Shown here piece by piece: positions 1-12,510 of a stretch of DNA of 64,000 nt. Every line of letters begins with the position of its first letter. The first letter of the stretch is position 1. Position numbers and translations under genes: made by a program. The notes beneath the pieces were generated by a model. It was not told the DNA's origin and made no database searches. It saw only the letters and a list, made by a program, of their open reading frames with translations. Where the stretch lies: the NCBI GenBank assembly GCA_964016885.1, contig OZ024743.1:72540001-72604000 (forward strand). Reading direction: 5' to 3'. Source of the DNA: Eledone cirrhosa. Its lineage: Eukaryota.

Positions 1-2523
1 TCCTGAGCGCGTATCTGCACATCATCAGCCACGGCATGCCCAGCCCTCCACGTAGCGGGTGTTGACAGCAGATGGACCGCCTGACCATCGGAGCGCGTCC
101 CACAAAAAGCGAAAGAGCAAACGCTCCAGCGCAGTCAGGCGGGGCTTAGCACAAGGTACGACGGCCAGGCGGTAGTACATTATGGACGTGAAGTACGCGT
201 TAGCGACCTCCGCTCGACCTTTCAGGGATAGCTTCATCTCCGCCCATTTCTGGGTGAGAGAAGCTATCCTGCTCGTCACCTCGTCCTAGTTTTTATCCGT
301 CTGGAGTTCCGGACCGAACCAGACCCCTAGCAATTTAACTGCCCGAAGACGCTGTTAGACGGCATGGACCTGCCTCTCCAGGTGCCGAGTTGCAGGCACA
401 CTGACATTTCCTGAATGATCATTGCGGCTGTCACCGCTTAGTATTCTCTTAATGCAGTGCCGATCGTTTCGATGTGTTTGGCGTTCGACACCACTTCGGA
501 GACATCGTCCGCATATGCTGACACGGATCTTCTGCACCCTACTTCGCGCGGGATCCCTCTCAACGTCTCCAATTTGTACAGTAATGGCACGAGAGTCAAT
601 ACGTACAAGATGTACGAGAGGGGACATCCTTGGCGGACCGAGCGCATGATGTTGAACAGTTCCGAAAGGTGACCGTTCACTCTCACCACAGAGCAGATGT
701 CGCTGTGCATGGTAGCGATCCGGCCTCTGAAGATGGGCCCAATGCCAGCCGCCCCCAGGACTGCCGCTAGGTAACGATGGTCGACCCTATGGAAAGCTTT
801 CGACTGATCTAAATTGATCAAGGACCCACCCGTCCCAGGTTCCTTAGCTACCCTCTCTACGATGTTTCGCATGACGTGTAGGTTGTCGTGGATGGAACTG
901 TCGGGAATGGCGCATGACTGCGTTGCGTCTCTCCCATCAGATCACCAACGACAAGCGCCAACCTCTTTGCTAGCACTTTGGCCAAAATCTTGAACTCTGT
1001 GTTTAGCAGAGTTATGGGCCTGAAATGATCTATGTTATCCCCCTTGATCGGATCCTTTCTCAGCAGCCCCACCGCTCCTCGACTCACAGACCTGGGAAAT
1101 TCTCCCGTTCTGTTGCCAGCTGCAGTAGACGTCCGCCAAGAGGCCTCCGAACAACTCTGGCATCTGTACGCAAAGTTCATAGGGCAGACCATCCAATTCA
1201 GGCGATTTAGCCTTTGTGCAGCCAGTCACTGCCTGCCGTACTTCAGCGGCTGTTATCGGCTTTTCGCAACACTCTGCCTCGGCAGTCCGTCGAGGTAGAC
1301 ACTAAAGTCCATCCCACGATCCGGCCTGCCGCTGCCCCCAAACAGCTGAGCGAAGTGTCGCTGAAAAGCTCCACACATTTGCCCGGGATCGAGTAGCATG
1401 CACCCGTCGTGGTCCACCAAAGACCGGATCGTGCATTTGTTGCCACGACGCGCCTCCGCCACTCGGGCCCATTGAACGGCTATCGTCCCTTCGTGTCTGA
1501 GAGCACGCACCCTAGCTCTGACAACACAACCTTCGTGCTTTGCATTGAAGAATTGTACGTCGGTCACGATGCCTTTGCTAAGCGCCTCGTCTAATGTTCT
1601 AACTAGTTCTCCCTCTGCTCTGTTTTTCTCTATAGCTAAAGCCTTACTAAACCTAATGGACTCTATTCTAATCGCTCTTTTCATAGCAAACCACCACTTG
1701 TTGTTGACGATGGCCCCCGTCAACGCCCGCTTAACTAGTTCGTTAATCCAGTCTCTGTAGGCCTTACGACCTGGTAAGGACGCGTTTAGCTTCCAGTAGC
1801 TGAGTCCTCGTCTATGAAGCCTATCTAGATCAAGCACACAGATCACGAATGTTTAGTCCGTGTAGCTGACTATCTTGAATTGTGGACAGCCTATGCCTGA
1901 CCTATCTACTTCCCTACAAAATACTCTATCTAGATATGATCTGGATGACCCTATGTGGTTTGTCTAAGTCCACATTCGGGAAATCCAATCGGTACCTGTC
2001 AGACAGTTCAAAACGCCTGAGCAGGTTGGTGAGGCTCTTGCACCCTCCTCCCCTATCCGCTAATCCCACACAGTCCCAGCGTGCATCTAAGATCCCGTTC
2101 CAGTCGCCCACTAACTTTAAAGAGCGGGACGTCCCAAGAAAGGTCTCCAGACGCTTGAAGAAATCAGGCCGCCCTGCTCCTGTCGGGGCATAGACAGCCA
2201 GTAGCCTGAAAGCTTGCCCGTCTCCGCTGGTCACATCCAGCACCACCAACTTACCTACTGGGTCCAGGAAGATGGCCCGTATGGCGAGATCCAAACCTCT
2301 CCGAAAAAGCACAGCAACTCTCCCCCGATCCAGAACGGCTGGGAGATGCGTAGACATCCTAGCCGCCGAAGATCGGTGCGAAGGCCCGTGCTTCGGAGAT
2401 TCTGGTCTCGCTGATGGCCACTACGTCTATGTTTAGTGACCTGAGGTCGTTGAGCGGGTGGCCCTGCTTCCATGACGACTCCAAGCCACGCGCATTTATG
2501 CTGCCTATTCTGCGTGAGGTCAT
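1..2523 (-). pseudogene. Tx1/L1-clade LINE ORF2 (APE endonuclease + reverse transcriptase), disrupted; runs off the window start
   Basis: ATG at 2523 gives MTSRRIGSINARGL...DVVAISET (APE N-terminus); VYAP, GDWN, SYWKLN, SPELDGLP, FRPITLLNTEFKILAK, LDQSKAF, VRQGCPLS and YADD motifs lie in different frames, i.e. several frameshifts/stops. Confidence 0.92.
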
Positions 2524-2557
2524 GTTGAAATGAAGTGGAAAAGATGAGAAAGACCAC

Positions 2558-3373
2558 TTACCTTACTTCTCGAATAGGAAGGATGGTTTCTCCATCCTTT
2601 TCAATGCTTGTGGCCTCCTCCGGAAGGATGTCCTTATAAATCCTCCTGGAGTGTGTTTGTCGGATGTCTCCGATGTCTTTGGGGAATTTTTGTTTTAGTG
2701 TTGTGTACGTTTTCTTTGTGATGCGAGTGATATGTATGTGTGGAGGTGGTGTGAACTTTTGGGTTGTTGTGTAGTCTTTTTCTTTGATGCTGGTGTTGTG
2801 TTGGATGTAGTGTAATAATTCGTTGGTGTTCAAATGTATTGCTGTGTAGTGTGTATCGTTTTGGTTGTTTTGTTTTATTTGCGTTTGTTGTGGGCTTGTT
2901 TCTGTTTCGCTTTTTGGTGACATTTGTGGTGTTGGTGATGGTGGTCTTGGGGTTAATGATGGTGATGGTGTTGGTGTTTGTGGTGATGCGGTTGGTGATG
3001 CTGGTGTGGATGGTGGCATAGCTTTCCTAACTTTTTTGTTTGATAGTTTATTTGTTTCCCTTTGTATTTTGTTTTTATTGGCTTCTTTTTGTTTTTTTCG
3101 TTTTTCCTGATACAGTTTCCCACTCCTCGTCGTCACAATCTGTCTCCAGTTGCGAAAGGTCGGGGCGTGGAAAATCCTCCACAGTTGTTGGTTTTGGTTG
3201 TGGCGTGGTGGATGGTGTAAGCGTTGGTGCTAGTTCTGGCGCGTTGGGTGGTGGTTGTGTTGGTTTTGCTACTGTTGTATTTTTTTAGTGTTGGCAAACG
3301 TAGTAATATTTACAATGGTGGTGTCGGTGTGAGGTGTTAGTTTGTGAGGAAAGTGTGACAGTGAGTCATCCAT
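2558..3373 (-). pseudogene. Probable ORF1 of the Tx1/L1 element (Pro/Thr-rich, basic), frameshifted
   Basis: ATG at 3373 immediately upstream of ORF2 on the same strand; low-complexity P/T/K-rich translation with EEWETVSGK motif; frame breaks in A-runs. Confidence 0.55.
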
Positions 3374-3587
3374 GATTTTTTTAAAATAAATTTTTGTTTG
3401 ATAATTATAAAAGTTTATATTTTGGGCTCAAGGCCCCAATCTTTTTGAGTTTCCTTTTCAGAAAACAATGTATGTGCTCTTATATACAGTTAGCGATAAT
3501 ATTTATCCATAAATGGCAATTTTAAATAACTGAAAACAACAAACTTTTGTGGAGCTCACGATGATACGATTTACTACGTAGGTTGCC

Positions 3588-3630
<43 letters not shown>
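3588..3630. repeat. (TAA)n microsatellite at the 5' boundary of the Tx1-like element
   Basis: Direct reading. Confidence 0.95.
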
Positions 3631-3631
<1 letters not shown>

Positions 3632-4229
3632 TGTTAATAAACAATATTAATATTTAATTTTGGATCAGGAATGTTTGAGTCGAAAAGGAGAAAAATGGCA
3701 AAATGACTAAATAGCTAAATAGCTAAAAATAATTTCACCTCCAACACCGCCGCCACTACCACGCTAAAAACTCTGGCCAAGTTGCCTCGGCCGCTATTTC
3801 TACTCCAACTTCAACACCATCGCTACAGTACTACGATCACATCACCACCGCCACTGCCTCATTATCGCTGCCGCCGCTATTTTCTCCCACTGCCTCCTAC
3901 TAGGTACTACTAGCACAGCACCGCCACCACCACCACCACCACTGCCTCTTTATCACTGCCGCCGCTATTCTCTCCCACTAGCCCCTGCTACATCGTAGAA
4001 AGGCATCAAAATATATAAATAGACTGAATTGATGACCCGGTCAAAATCAAAAAGACAAAAATCAAAATCAAAGCAGCACAGCAACAACGAAAAACGTAAA
4101 GAAAAGAAAAATGAAGAGAAAAACAGACATTCAAACATTACATTACAATGAAACTTATGCTTATACATTTTTGGGGGTTTTTTTGCCTGTTTGTTTGTTT
4201 GTTTATTTATGTTCGTCTACAGCGTAATA

Positions 4230-7200
4230 ATGCCACACAAAAATCACCGGGAGTGACGAAATCACCGGTGGTTATGTAACCATACATTCGCCAATCCTCG
4301 ATAAGAGTGTTTAAATGTCGAACCTAAACAGTTCGAATAACGGTGAAATGGAGACTAGAATGTCATGTGACAGACCTCACCCAACAGGTGATCCCTGGCT
4401 CAGCAGCAGGGACCTGGCTGTCAATCAAATACTGCTGGTGTCAGAGGAAGAAGAAGAAGGAAAGGGACCAGAACCAACTGGACGAAAGAATTGAATAGAA
4501 CTGTTATGCAATGTTACCTGAAAAGTAACCCCAAGGAGAAAGGCTATAGGAAACGGATGCATAACATCTGGAACGAGATTGGTCTATTTAAATTAGATGA
4601 ACAAAAATTGGCCGGGAAGGCTCGGCTAATAAGAACTAATGGGTGGATAAGCGAGCTGGAACTGGAGGAACTGAGCAGAGAGATTAGCTTGGAAATGGAG
4701 AGTGGAGTATGCCAGGCAAACGAGCCAGTGGGAAATGAAGGTGAGGAGGTCGAGAAAACGGAGGAACCACCCGAAGCAGACAGTGATCTGAATGCTGAGA
4801 TAAATAATACCTGGAACAGAGATACGGCCACTGAGGAGATGAATGCTGACGGGCTAGGACAAGATTTGGTTGATATCCTAAACTTAGTGGTAGATGAATT
4901 GAACAATGATAGTGGGAAACCTATGAACCTAAGATTTGTAGACAGGAAAAAGTTAAAAGAAACAACAGCTAAGGTAAACAAAGTCATCCCATACCTTGAG
5001 GCGAGGAGCCTTCACCAGTGCAACAATATCCTCAAAGCAAAAGCAAATACGGTGAGGAAACTACTTGGTATAAAAGCGAGAGGAAACAACAAACAAGAAA
5101 GATCAGAGCCTTGGTGGAAGAAACGACTGAGTGGTCAAATCAGGGAAATGGGAAATGACATTGGAAAGCTTGAGTCCCTACTGAATGGGACACTAAAAAA
5201 CATAGACACTAAAAATAGACTGGAAATAAAGTACAAAACTAGGAGGAAAAAGCTAAATATTATCATAGAGGAACTGAAGCAACGCATTGTAGCAAAGAGT
5301 GGAAAAATCAGGCGATACGAGAAGAGAGTCAGTCAGTATAGACAGAACCGCATGTTCGACAACAACCAGAAGATGCTGTTTGGACAGCTTGAAGTGAAAG
5401 AAAGAGGCAACGACTTGATCCCTGGGGCGGAGCAAACTAAAACATTCTGGAGAGGAATATGGGAGCAGGATGTTAAACATAATGACCAGGCAGTGTGGAT
5501 TGAGACAGTACATAAGGAGATTAGTGAACAGGCACACCAACAAACTGATTTGAGTATCACAGTTGAAACTCTTAAGGGGCAGGCCAAAAAACTAACCAAC
5601 TGGAAATCACCAGGTGCAGGGGTATTGGATTAAAAATATAACATCCCTCCACCCGAAACTGACAACCATGTTCAATGACTGCTTGATGTCAGGTGAGGTA
5701 CCAGAGTGGTTTACAAAAGGTACCCCAGTTCTGATAATGAAAGACCGAATCAATGGTAATGATGTTACCAACTATAGACCTATCACATGTCTGTTCGTAA
5801 TGTGGAAACTGTTGACAAGCATTATGTCTGAGGAAATCTACCATCACCTCCACACAAACAACTTGTTGCCGGACGAACAGAAAGGATGCCAAAAGAAGTC
5901 ACGTGGTACAAAGGACCAGTTACTTATTGATAATATGGTAATGAGGAATTGCAAGAGGAGACACACTGGTCTTGCCATGGGATGGATAGACTACAAAAAG
6001 GCATTTGACATGGTGCCTCATTCTTGAATCACCAAAAGCCTGGAGATCTTCAAGGTCGCAGATAACATCAGACAGTTGTTGGGCAAAAGTATGAAGTCCT
6101 GGGAAGCAGAGTTAACATCAACTGGAGAGTCCTTGGAAAGCGTGAAGATCAAGAGAAGTATCTTCCAGGGAGATAGTCTGTCCCCTCTGTTGTTTGTCCT
6201 TGCCCTGATGCCCCTGACCAGTGTACTGCGAAAAGTGAGAGCAGGATACAGGTTGGGAAAGGGAGGGCTTACCATCAATCTCCTCCTCTTCATGGACGAT
6301 CTTAAGCACTTCGGGAAGAGTGAGAAGGAGTTGGATGTGCTTGTTGACACTGTTCGTATTTTCAGCAATGATATATGTATGCAATTTGGTATTAGTAAGT
6401 GTGGAGTCCTTGTGATGAAGAGGGGTAAGTTGAGCAGAAGTAACGGAATCCATGTACCAACAGGTGAGATGATAAAGGAAATTGACTCTGAAGAAGGATA
6501 CAAGTATTTGGGTGTTCTGGAGGCTGATGACATCAAGAACAAAAAAAATGAAGGAATTGATAAGAACTGAATACATTCGGAGAGTAAGGAGCATATTAAA
6601 GTCACATCTGAACAGTAGAAATGCCATAAGTGCAGTAAATTCCCGAGATGTGTCTATTATTAGGTACAGTGCGGGAATTCAGATGTGGAATGTTGCTGAA
6701 CAAAAAGAAATGGATAGGAAGACTAGGAAGCTATTGACTATCTACAACATGTTCCACAAGAGGAGTGATGTCGATAGACTCTACTTAAGGAGATCTGAAG
6801 GTGGAAGAGGTCTTATCAGCATAGAGGACTGTGTTCAGATGGAGCAAAACAACCTACAGAAATACGTGACTGATAGTAAGTAGCCAATGCTCAGAACTTT
6901 GCTGAAGGAGAGGACAATAGACCAGGGGATATTCAAGGAGGAAATAACAACAAGGAGAAAGAGCAGCCTTCAGGAAAAATCCCTTCATAGTACATTCTTT
7001 GAGAAAACTGAATTCAGAGATCCACAGACATGGAACTGGTTGAAAAGAGGAGACCTTAAAAAGGCTACAGAAGGAATGTTAATGGCTGCGCAGGAGCAGG
7101 CCCTCAAAACGAAGTGGTTGAAACACCATATTTACAAGGAGGAGGCTAGCCCACTGTGCAGGATCTGTGGAGAGAGAGCGGAGACTGTGGCTCACATTGT

Positions 7201-7800
7201 ATCCGAGTATAAACACCTAGCCCAGGCTCACTATAAGGGCTGGAGACATGATGTGATGGGCAGGGTGATCCACTGGCACCTATGCAAAGTAAACAATCTA
7301 CCACATTCTGAGAAGTGGTATGAGTATAACCCAGAGTCGGTGATAGAAAACGATCAGGTGAAGGTGCTATGGGATTTTAGGATACAGACGGACAAGAAAC
7401 TGGAACACAATAGACCTGACCTGGTGGTTTTGGACAAAGAAAAAAGATCGTACCTGATTGTGGATGTAGCCTGCCCATTCGACACGATAGTGCACGAGAA
7501 GGAGAGGGGGAAAATTAACCCGTACCAGGACTAAAAGTGGGAGTTATAAAGGATTTGGAACTGCCATGAAGTCAAAGTGGTCCCGATTGTCATAGGCGCA
7601 TTAGGTACTATCTCAAAATGTTTCCAGGGATGTTTAAAGAAAATTGGCCCCGCCCCGCTTTTTGGAACGCTTCAAAAGGCATGCTTACTGGGAACAGCAA
7701 GAACCCTCCGATACCTCCTGAATATCTGAGGCTGCAGGTAGTGGCTTGATATTCATTTCAACAAACTTTCAAGTTAACTAACATCAATGACTGAGACTCA

Positions 7801-7801
<1 letters not shown>
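4230..7801 (+). mobile_element. R4/Dong-clade non-LTR retrotransposon, family A, near full length, disrupted ORF ~4315-7729
   Basis: N-terminal WTKELNRTVMQCY..GYRKRM; NWKSPG, YRPITCL, EQKGC, WIDYKKAFD, FQGDSLSP, FMDDLK (RT); CRIC..ETVAHIVS zinc knuckle, RHD, PDLVVLD..D (RLE); 3' UTR followed by (AAT)n; 5' boundary approximate. Confidence 0.9.
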
Positions 7802-7844
<43 letters not shown>

Positions 7845-7845
<1 letters not shown>

Positions 7846-9183
7846 TGCCATACCAGTAGTAAACTACAGTTACAATGTCATCAACTGGTCAAGCACAGAG
7901 ATCCGTAGGCTCGATACAAAAATTCGAAAACTCTTAACCATGCACAGAATGCATCACCCTAAGGCAGATATAGATAGAATATATCTCCCTAGGAAAGAAG
8001 GAGGACGTGGGTTAATCCAGTTAGACATTGCGTTGAAAACTGCAACAATTGGATTATCTACATATCTAAGGGAATCACATGATTGGATGATCAAACTCGT
8101 TTTGAAACACGAAAGCATCAAAAGATCATATTCCAATACAAAAGATGCACAAAGATACAGTAATGGACTACAAATTTCGGAAGTCCCATTTACTGCTGAA
8201 ATGGAAAACACAGAAAAAGCAAAGCAGGTAAAAGTAACTGCAAAGAAAGAACTACTACAGAAACTGGCTAAGAAATGGAAAGAAAAGCCTCTGTATGGAA
8301 AATACCCAGAGCGAGCTAACAATTCTGATGTTGACAAAACTTTAACCCATCAGTGGTTGGCATCCTCTGGACTGAAATCGGAGACTGAAAGACTGATTAT
8401 ATCGGCACAAGATCAGTGTCTGCCAACAAAAAATTACCAAGCCGACATAATCAAAAATGGATGCAGCCCATTATGCCGTGTATGCAAAAAACAACCAGAG
8501 ACCATTGACCATATAATTTCAATGTGCAGTCCTATAGCTCCAACCGAATACCTAAACAGGCATGGCAGAGCTGCACAATACATACATTGGATAATGTGTA
8601 AGCATTTTGACCTGCCCCATCAAAAGAATTGGTGGGAGCATCAACCACCTCCCATACTTGAAAAAGATCACATCTCAATCTTGTGGAACTTTAGCATCCA
8701 AACAGACCGAAATATAGATGAAAATAGACCTGATATAATATTGAAGGACTTCAAAAAGAGGGTATGCCTGCAAAGTGATATGTCTGTTCCAATAGACAAG
8801 AATGTATCTATAAAAACATTTGAAAAATTGAGCAAGTATAAGGACCTGGAGATAGAAATTGGAAAAATGTGGAAACTGAGAATTAAAACAATACCAGTGG
8901 TTGTAGGCGCTCTGGGAATGATACCTAAGGGGTCTAATGATTACTTATCGCAAATCCCAGGAAACCCGCGTATAGGAGAAATACAAAAGATAGTACTAAT
9001 GGGAACTGCCCATATACTAAGGAAGATTCTGTCAATATAAGTACATCACAAGTCTAAACACTAAAGATGCATGTGTGAGTATGTATGTTCTTTCTTGAAC
9101 ATGGCGGACCTTGTTGTCTCTTGAGGTCACTGGTTGTGACTTGGTGATAACTCGTATGAACATAAAGCAAGATAAATGCAACT
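7845..9183 (+). mobile_element. R4/Dong-clade family B, 5'-truncated copy
   Basis: Near-identical to 15000-16335; CRVC..ETIDHIISMC, RPDIILKD, EKLSKY; starts right after the (AAT)n tail of family A and ends in (AAT)n. Confidence 0.92.
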
Positions 9184-9197
9184 GTAATAATAATAAT

Positions 9198-9340
9198 AAT
9201 TGTTTCTACTTTAGGCACAAGGCCAGCAATTACCCAGTGCATTACTGGTACTTTATTTTATCGACCCCGTAAGGATGAAAGGCAAAGTCAACCTCGGCGG
9301 GATTTGAACTCAGATCGTAAAGGGACGTAACTATGCTGCA
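9198..9340 (-). mobile_element. tRNA-derived SINE (family S1), head truncated
   Basis: Reverse complement of GAGTTCAAATCCC B-box + gcctttcatccttacggggtcgataaaataaagtaccag body + gaaacaattatt tail. Confidence 0.85.
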
Positions 9341-9740
9341 ATAGACCTGACCTGGTGGTTTTGGACAAAGAAAACAGATCGTGCCTGATTGTGGATGTGG
9401 CCTGCCCATTCTCCACGATAGTGCACGAGAAGTAGAGGGAGAAAATTAACCGATACCAGGACTTAAAGTGGGAGGTAAAAAGGATTTGGAACTGCCATGA
9501 AGTCAAAGTGGTCCCGATTGTCATAGGCGCACTAGGTACTATCTCAAAAAGTTTCCAGGGCTGTTTAAAGAAAATTGGCCCCGCCCAGCTTTTTGGAACA
9601 CTTCAAAAGGCATGCTTACTTGGAACAGCAAGAACCTTCCGATACCTCCTGAATGTCTGAGGCTGCATGTAGTGGCTTGATATTCATTTCAACAAACTTT
9701 CCAATTAACTATCATCAATGACTAAGACTCAAAGAACAAG
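9339..9740 (+). mobile_element. R4/Dong family A, short 3' fragment
   Basis: Colinear with 7408-7801, including stop and 3' UTR; followed by (AAT)n. Confidence 0.9.
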
Positions 9741-9754
9741 TATAATAATAATAA

Positions 9755-11350
9755 TTTGTCCCCCTCTTGTTTGTCCTTACACTGATACCCCTGACGATTA
9801 TACTGCGAAAAGTAAGTGCAGGATGCAAGTTGGGAAAAGCAGCGCTTACTATCAACCACCTCCTCTTCATGGACAATCTTAAACTCTTTGGGAAGAGTGA
9901 GAAGGAGTTGGATGCACTTGTTGATACTGTCCGTATTTTGAACAATGATATATGTATGCAATTTTGTATTAATTAGTGTGGAGTTCTAGTGATGAGGATG
10001 AGTAAATTGAGCAGAAGCAACGGAATCCAAGTACCAACAGGTGAGATGATAAAGGAAATTGAGACTGAAAAAGTATACAAATATTTAGTTGTTCTGGAGG
10101 CAGATACCATCAAGAAAAAAAAAATGAAGGAATTGATAAGATCTAAGTACAATAGGAGAGTAAGGAACGTATTAAAATCACATCTAAATAGTAGGAATGT
10201 CATAAGTGCAGTAAATTCCCGAGCTGTGTCTATTATTAGGTACAGTGCGAGAATTCTGAAATGGAATGTTGCTGAACAAAAAGAAATGGATAGGAAGTTT
10301 AGGAAGCTATTGACTATCTACAACATGTTCCACAAGAGGAGTGATGTCGATAGATTCTACTTAAAGAGATCGGAAGGTGGAAGAGGTCTTATCAGCATAG
10401 AGGACTGTGTTCAGATGGAGAAAAACAACCTGCACAAATACCTGACTGACAGTAGGGAGCCAATGCTAAGAATTGTACTGAAGGAGAGAACAATAGACCA
10501 GAGGATGTCCAAGGAGGAAATAACATCAAGGAGGAAGAGAAACCTTCATGAAAAATCAATTCATAGTACCTTCTTTAAGAAAACTGAATTTAGAGATGCA
10601 CAGGTATGAAACTGGTTAAAAAGAGGAGACCTTAAAAAGGCTACAGAAGAAATGTTAATGGCTGCGCAAGAGCAGGCCCTCAGAACGAAGTGGGTGAAAC
10701 ACCATATTTACAAGGAGGGGGCTAGCCCACTGTGTAGGATCTTTGGAGAAAGAGAGGAGACTGTGGCTCACATTGTATCCGAGTGTAAACACCTAGCCCA
10801 GACTCACTATAAAGGCTGGAGACATGATGTGATAGGCAGGGTGATCTACTGGCACCTATGCAAAGTAAACAACTTACGATATTCTGAGAAGTGCTATGAG
10901 CATAAGCCAGAGTCGGTGATAGAAAACGATCAGGTGAAGGTGCTATGGGATTTTAGGATACATACGGACAGAAACTGGAACACAATAGGCCTGACCTGGT
11001 GGTTTTGGACAAGGAAAAACGATCGTGCCTGATTGTAGATGTAGCCTGCCCATTTGACACGAGATTGCAAGAAAAGTAGAGGGCGAAAAGGAGAGGTAGA
11101 AAACTGCCATGAAGTCAGAGTTGTCCCGATTGTCATAGGCGCACTAGGTACTATCTCAAATAATTTGCAAGGATGGTTAAAGAAAATCAGTCCAGCCCCG
11201 CTTTTTGGAACACTTCAAAGGGCTTGCTTGCTGGGAACAGCAAGAACACTCCGATACGTTCTGAATAACTGAGGCTGCAGGTAGCGGCTTGATATTCATT
11301 TCAACAAACTTTCCAGTTAAATAACACCAATGACTGAGACTCAAAGAACA
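9755..11350 (+). mobile_element. R4/Dong family A, 5'-truncated, more diverged copy
   Basis: Colinear with 6178-7801 (LFMDNLK, RHD, LLGTARTLRYVL); followed by (AAT)n. Confidence 0.9.
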
Positions 11351-11369
11351 ATAATAATAATAATAGTAA

Positions 11370-11559
11370 TAATTGTTTATAATTTTGGCACAAGGCCAGC
11401 AATTACCCAGTGCATTACTGACACTTTATTTTATCGACCCCGTAAGGATGAAAGTCAAACTTAACCTTGGCGAGATTTGAACTCAGAATGACTAGGGCCG
11501 TAACTTCATACGTCAAAGCATAGCGTCCGACCCTCTACCGATACTGCCAATCCACCGAT

Positions 11560-11560
<1 letters not shown>
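11370..11560 (-). mobile_element. SINE S1, full length
   Basis: A-box TGGCAGTATCGG and B-box GAGTTCAAATC on the minus strand; flanked by (TAA)n on both sides. Confidence 0.88.
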
Positions 11561-11593
<33 letters not shown>

Positions 11594-12392
11594 GTAGTAT
11601 CGCTCAAATATTCAATTTTGTATTATATATTTTGTATTCAAAAAAAGAAAATGGTTATAAATGGAACAAAACACCCTCTGTCTACACTATATAGAACAGC
11701 GGCAATTTCAATTTCACCAACACCAGAAACTTGATACACTACCTATCCCATCACACTAAATATAACAGCCAGATAACGGCAATTTCACCGGCATCATAAT
11801 AATAATTACTATTATTATTGTCTCAAATTTAAAAAAATGTTTAATTCAAATTTTACGGGAATATGTCAACACAAAATATAATAAAAATATATATTAAACA
11901 TACGAACACAAACTCATAGATACTATATCAGTAACCACAACACCACCGCTGCCACCACCCCACCACATCCATCATCGCCTCCACCACTCATTCAATGCTA
12001 CTGACACTATTCCCCTGTTAACTTGAGAGAGAAAAGGGAAGGTGGCGGTAGCACTAGACAAGAGAGAGGCTAGCAAAAGATATAAATAGATTGACTTGGT
12101 GACCTTGCCACGGCCAAACGTCTACATCAACAATTATGGGACTGCTGGCTCACCCCTTCCTCACCAACAATATAAAAAGCCCCGGCACCACCACCGACAT
12201 AGCCAGCAGCAATAACAGCCAACTACAACAAAAAGTATATTATATTATTGTAATGCACTGGGTGATTGCTGGCCTTGTGCCTGGAGTGGAGACAATTATT
12301 AATAATTTCATTCTTAAGCCACGCAATGCTCACATTAAGGAACCACTCATGATAATAACAATTTAAAAAAAACAACAAAAAGAAAACCCCGT

Positions 12393-12510
12393 GACCAAGA
12401 AATACCGGGATGGCGGCCGGCGGGGAATAGCCATGTCTCTAGGGGAGAACGACCCCTCTAGTCTTGGTTGACACTCGTTCTAGAAGTGGTAACACGAAAT
12501 GATTACCCCT
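12393..12510 (+). ncRNA. Candidate HDV-like ribozyme in the 5' UTR of R4 family B
   Basis: P1 gaccaa/ttggtt, P2 aggggagaac/gattacccct (2 mismatches), P3 gac/gtc with loop ccctcta, P4 cact/agtg, CGAA before P2'. Confidence 0.45.

Noticed and set aside
4210-4312. Ribozyme at the 5' end of R4 family A
   Set aside because: Only small hairpins (gtga cgaaa tcac); could not assemble an HDV, hammerhead or twister topology
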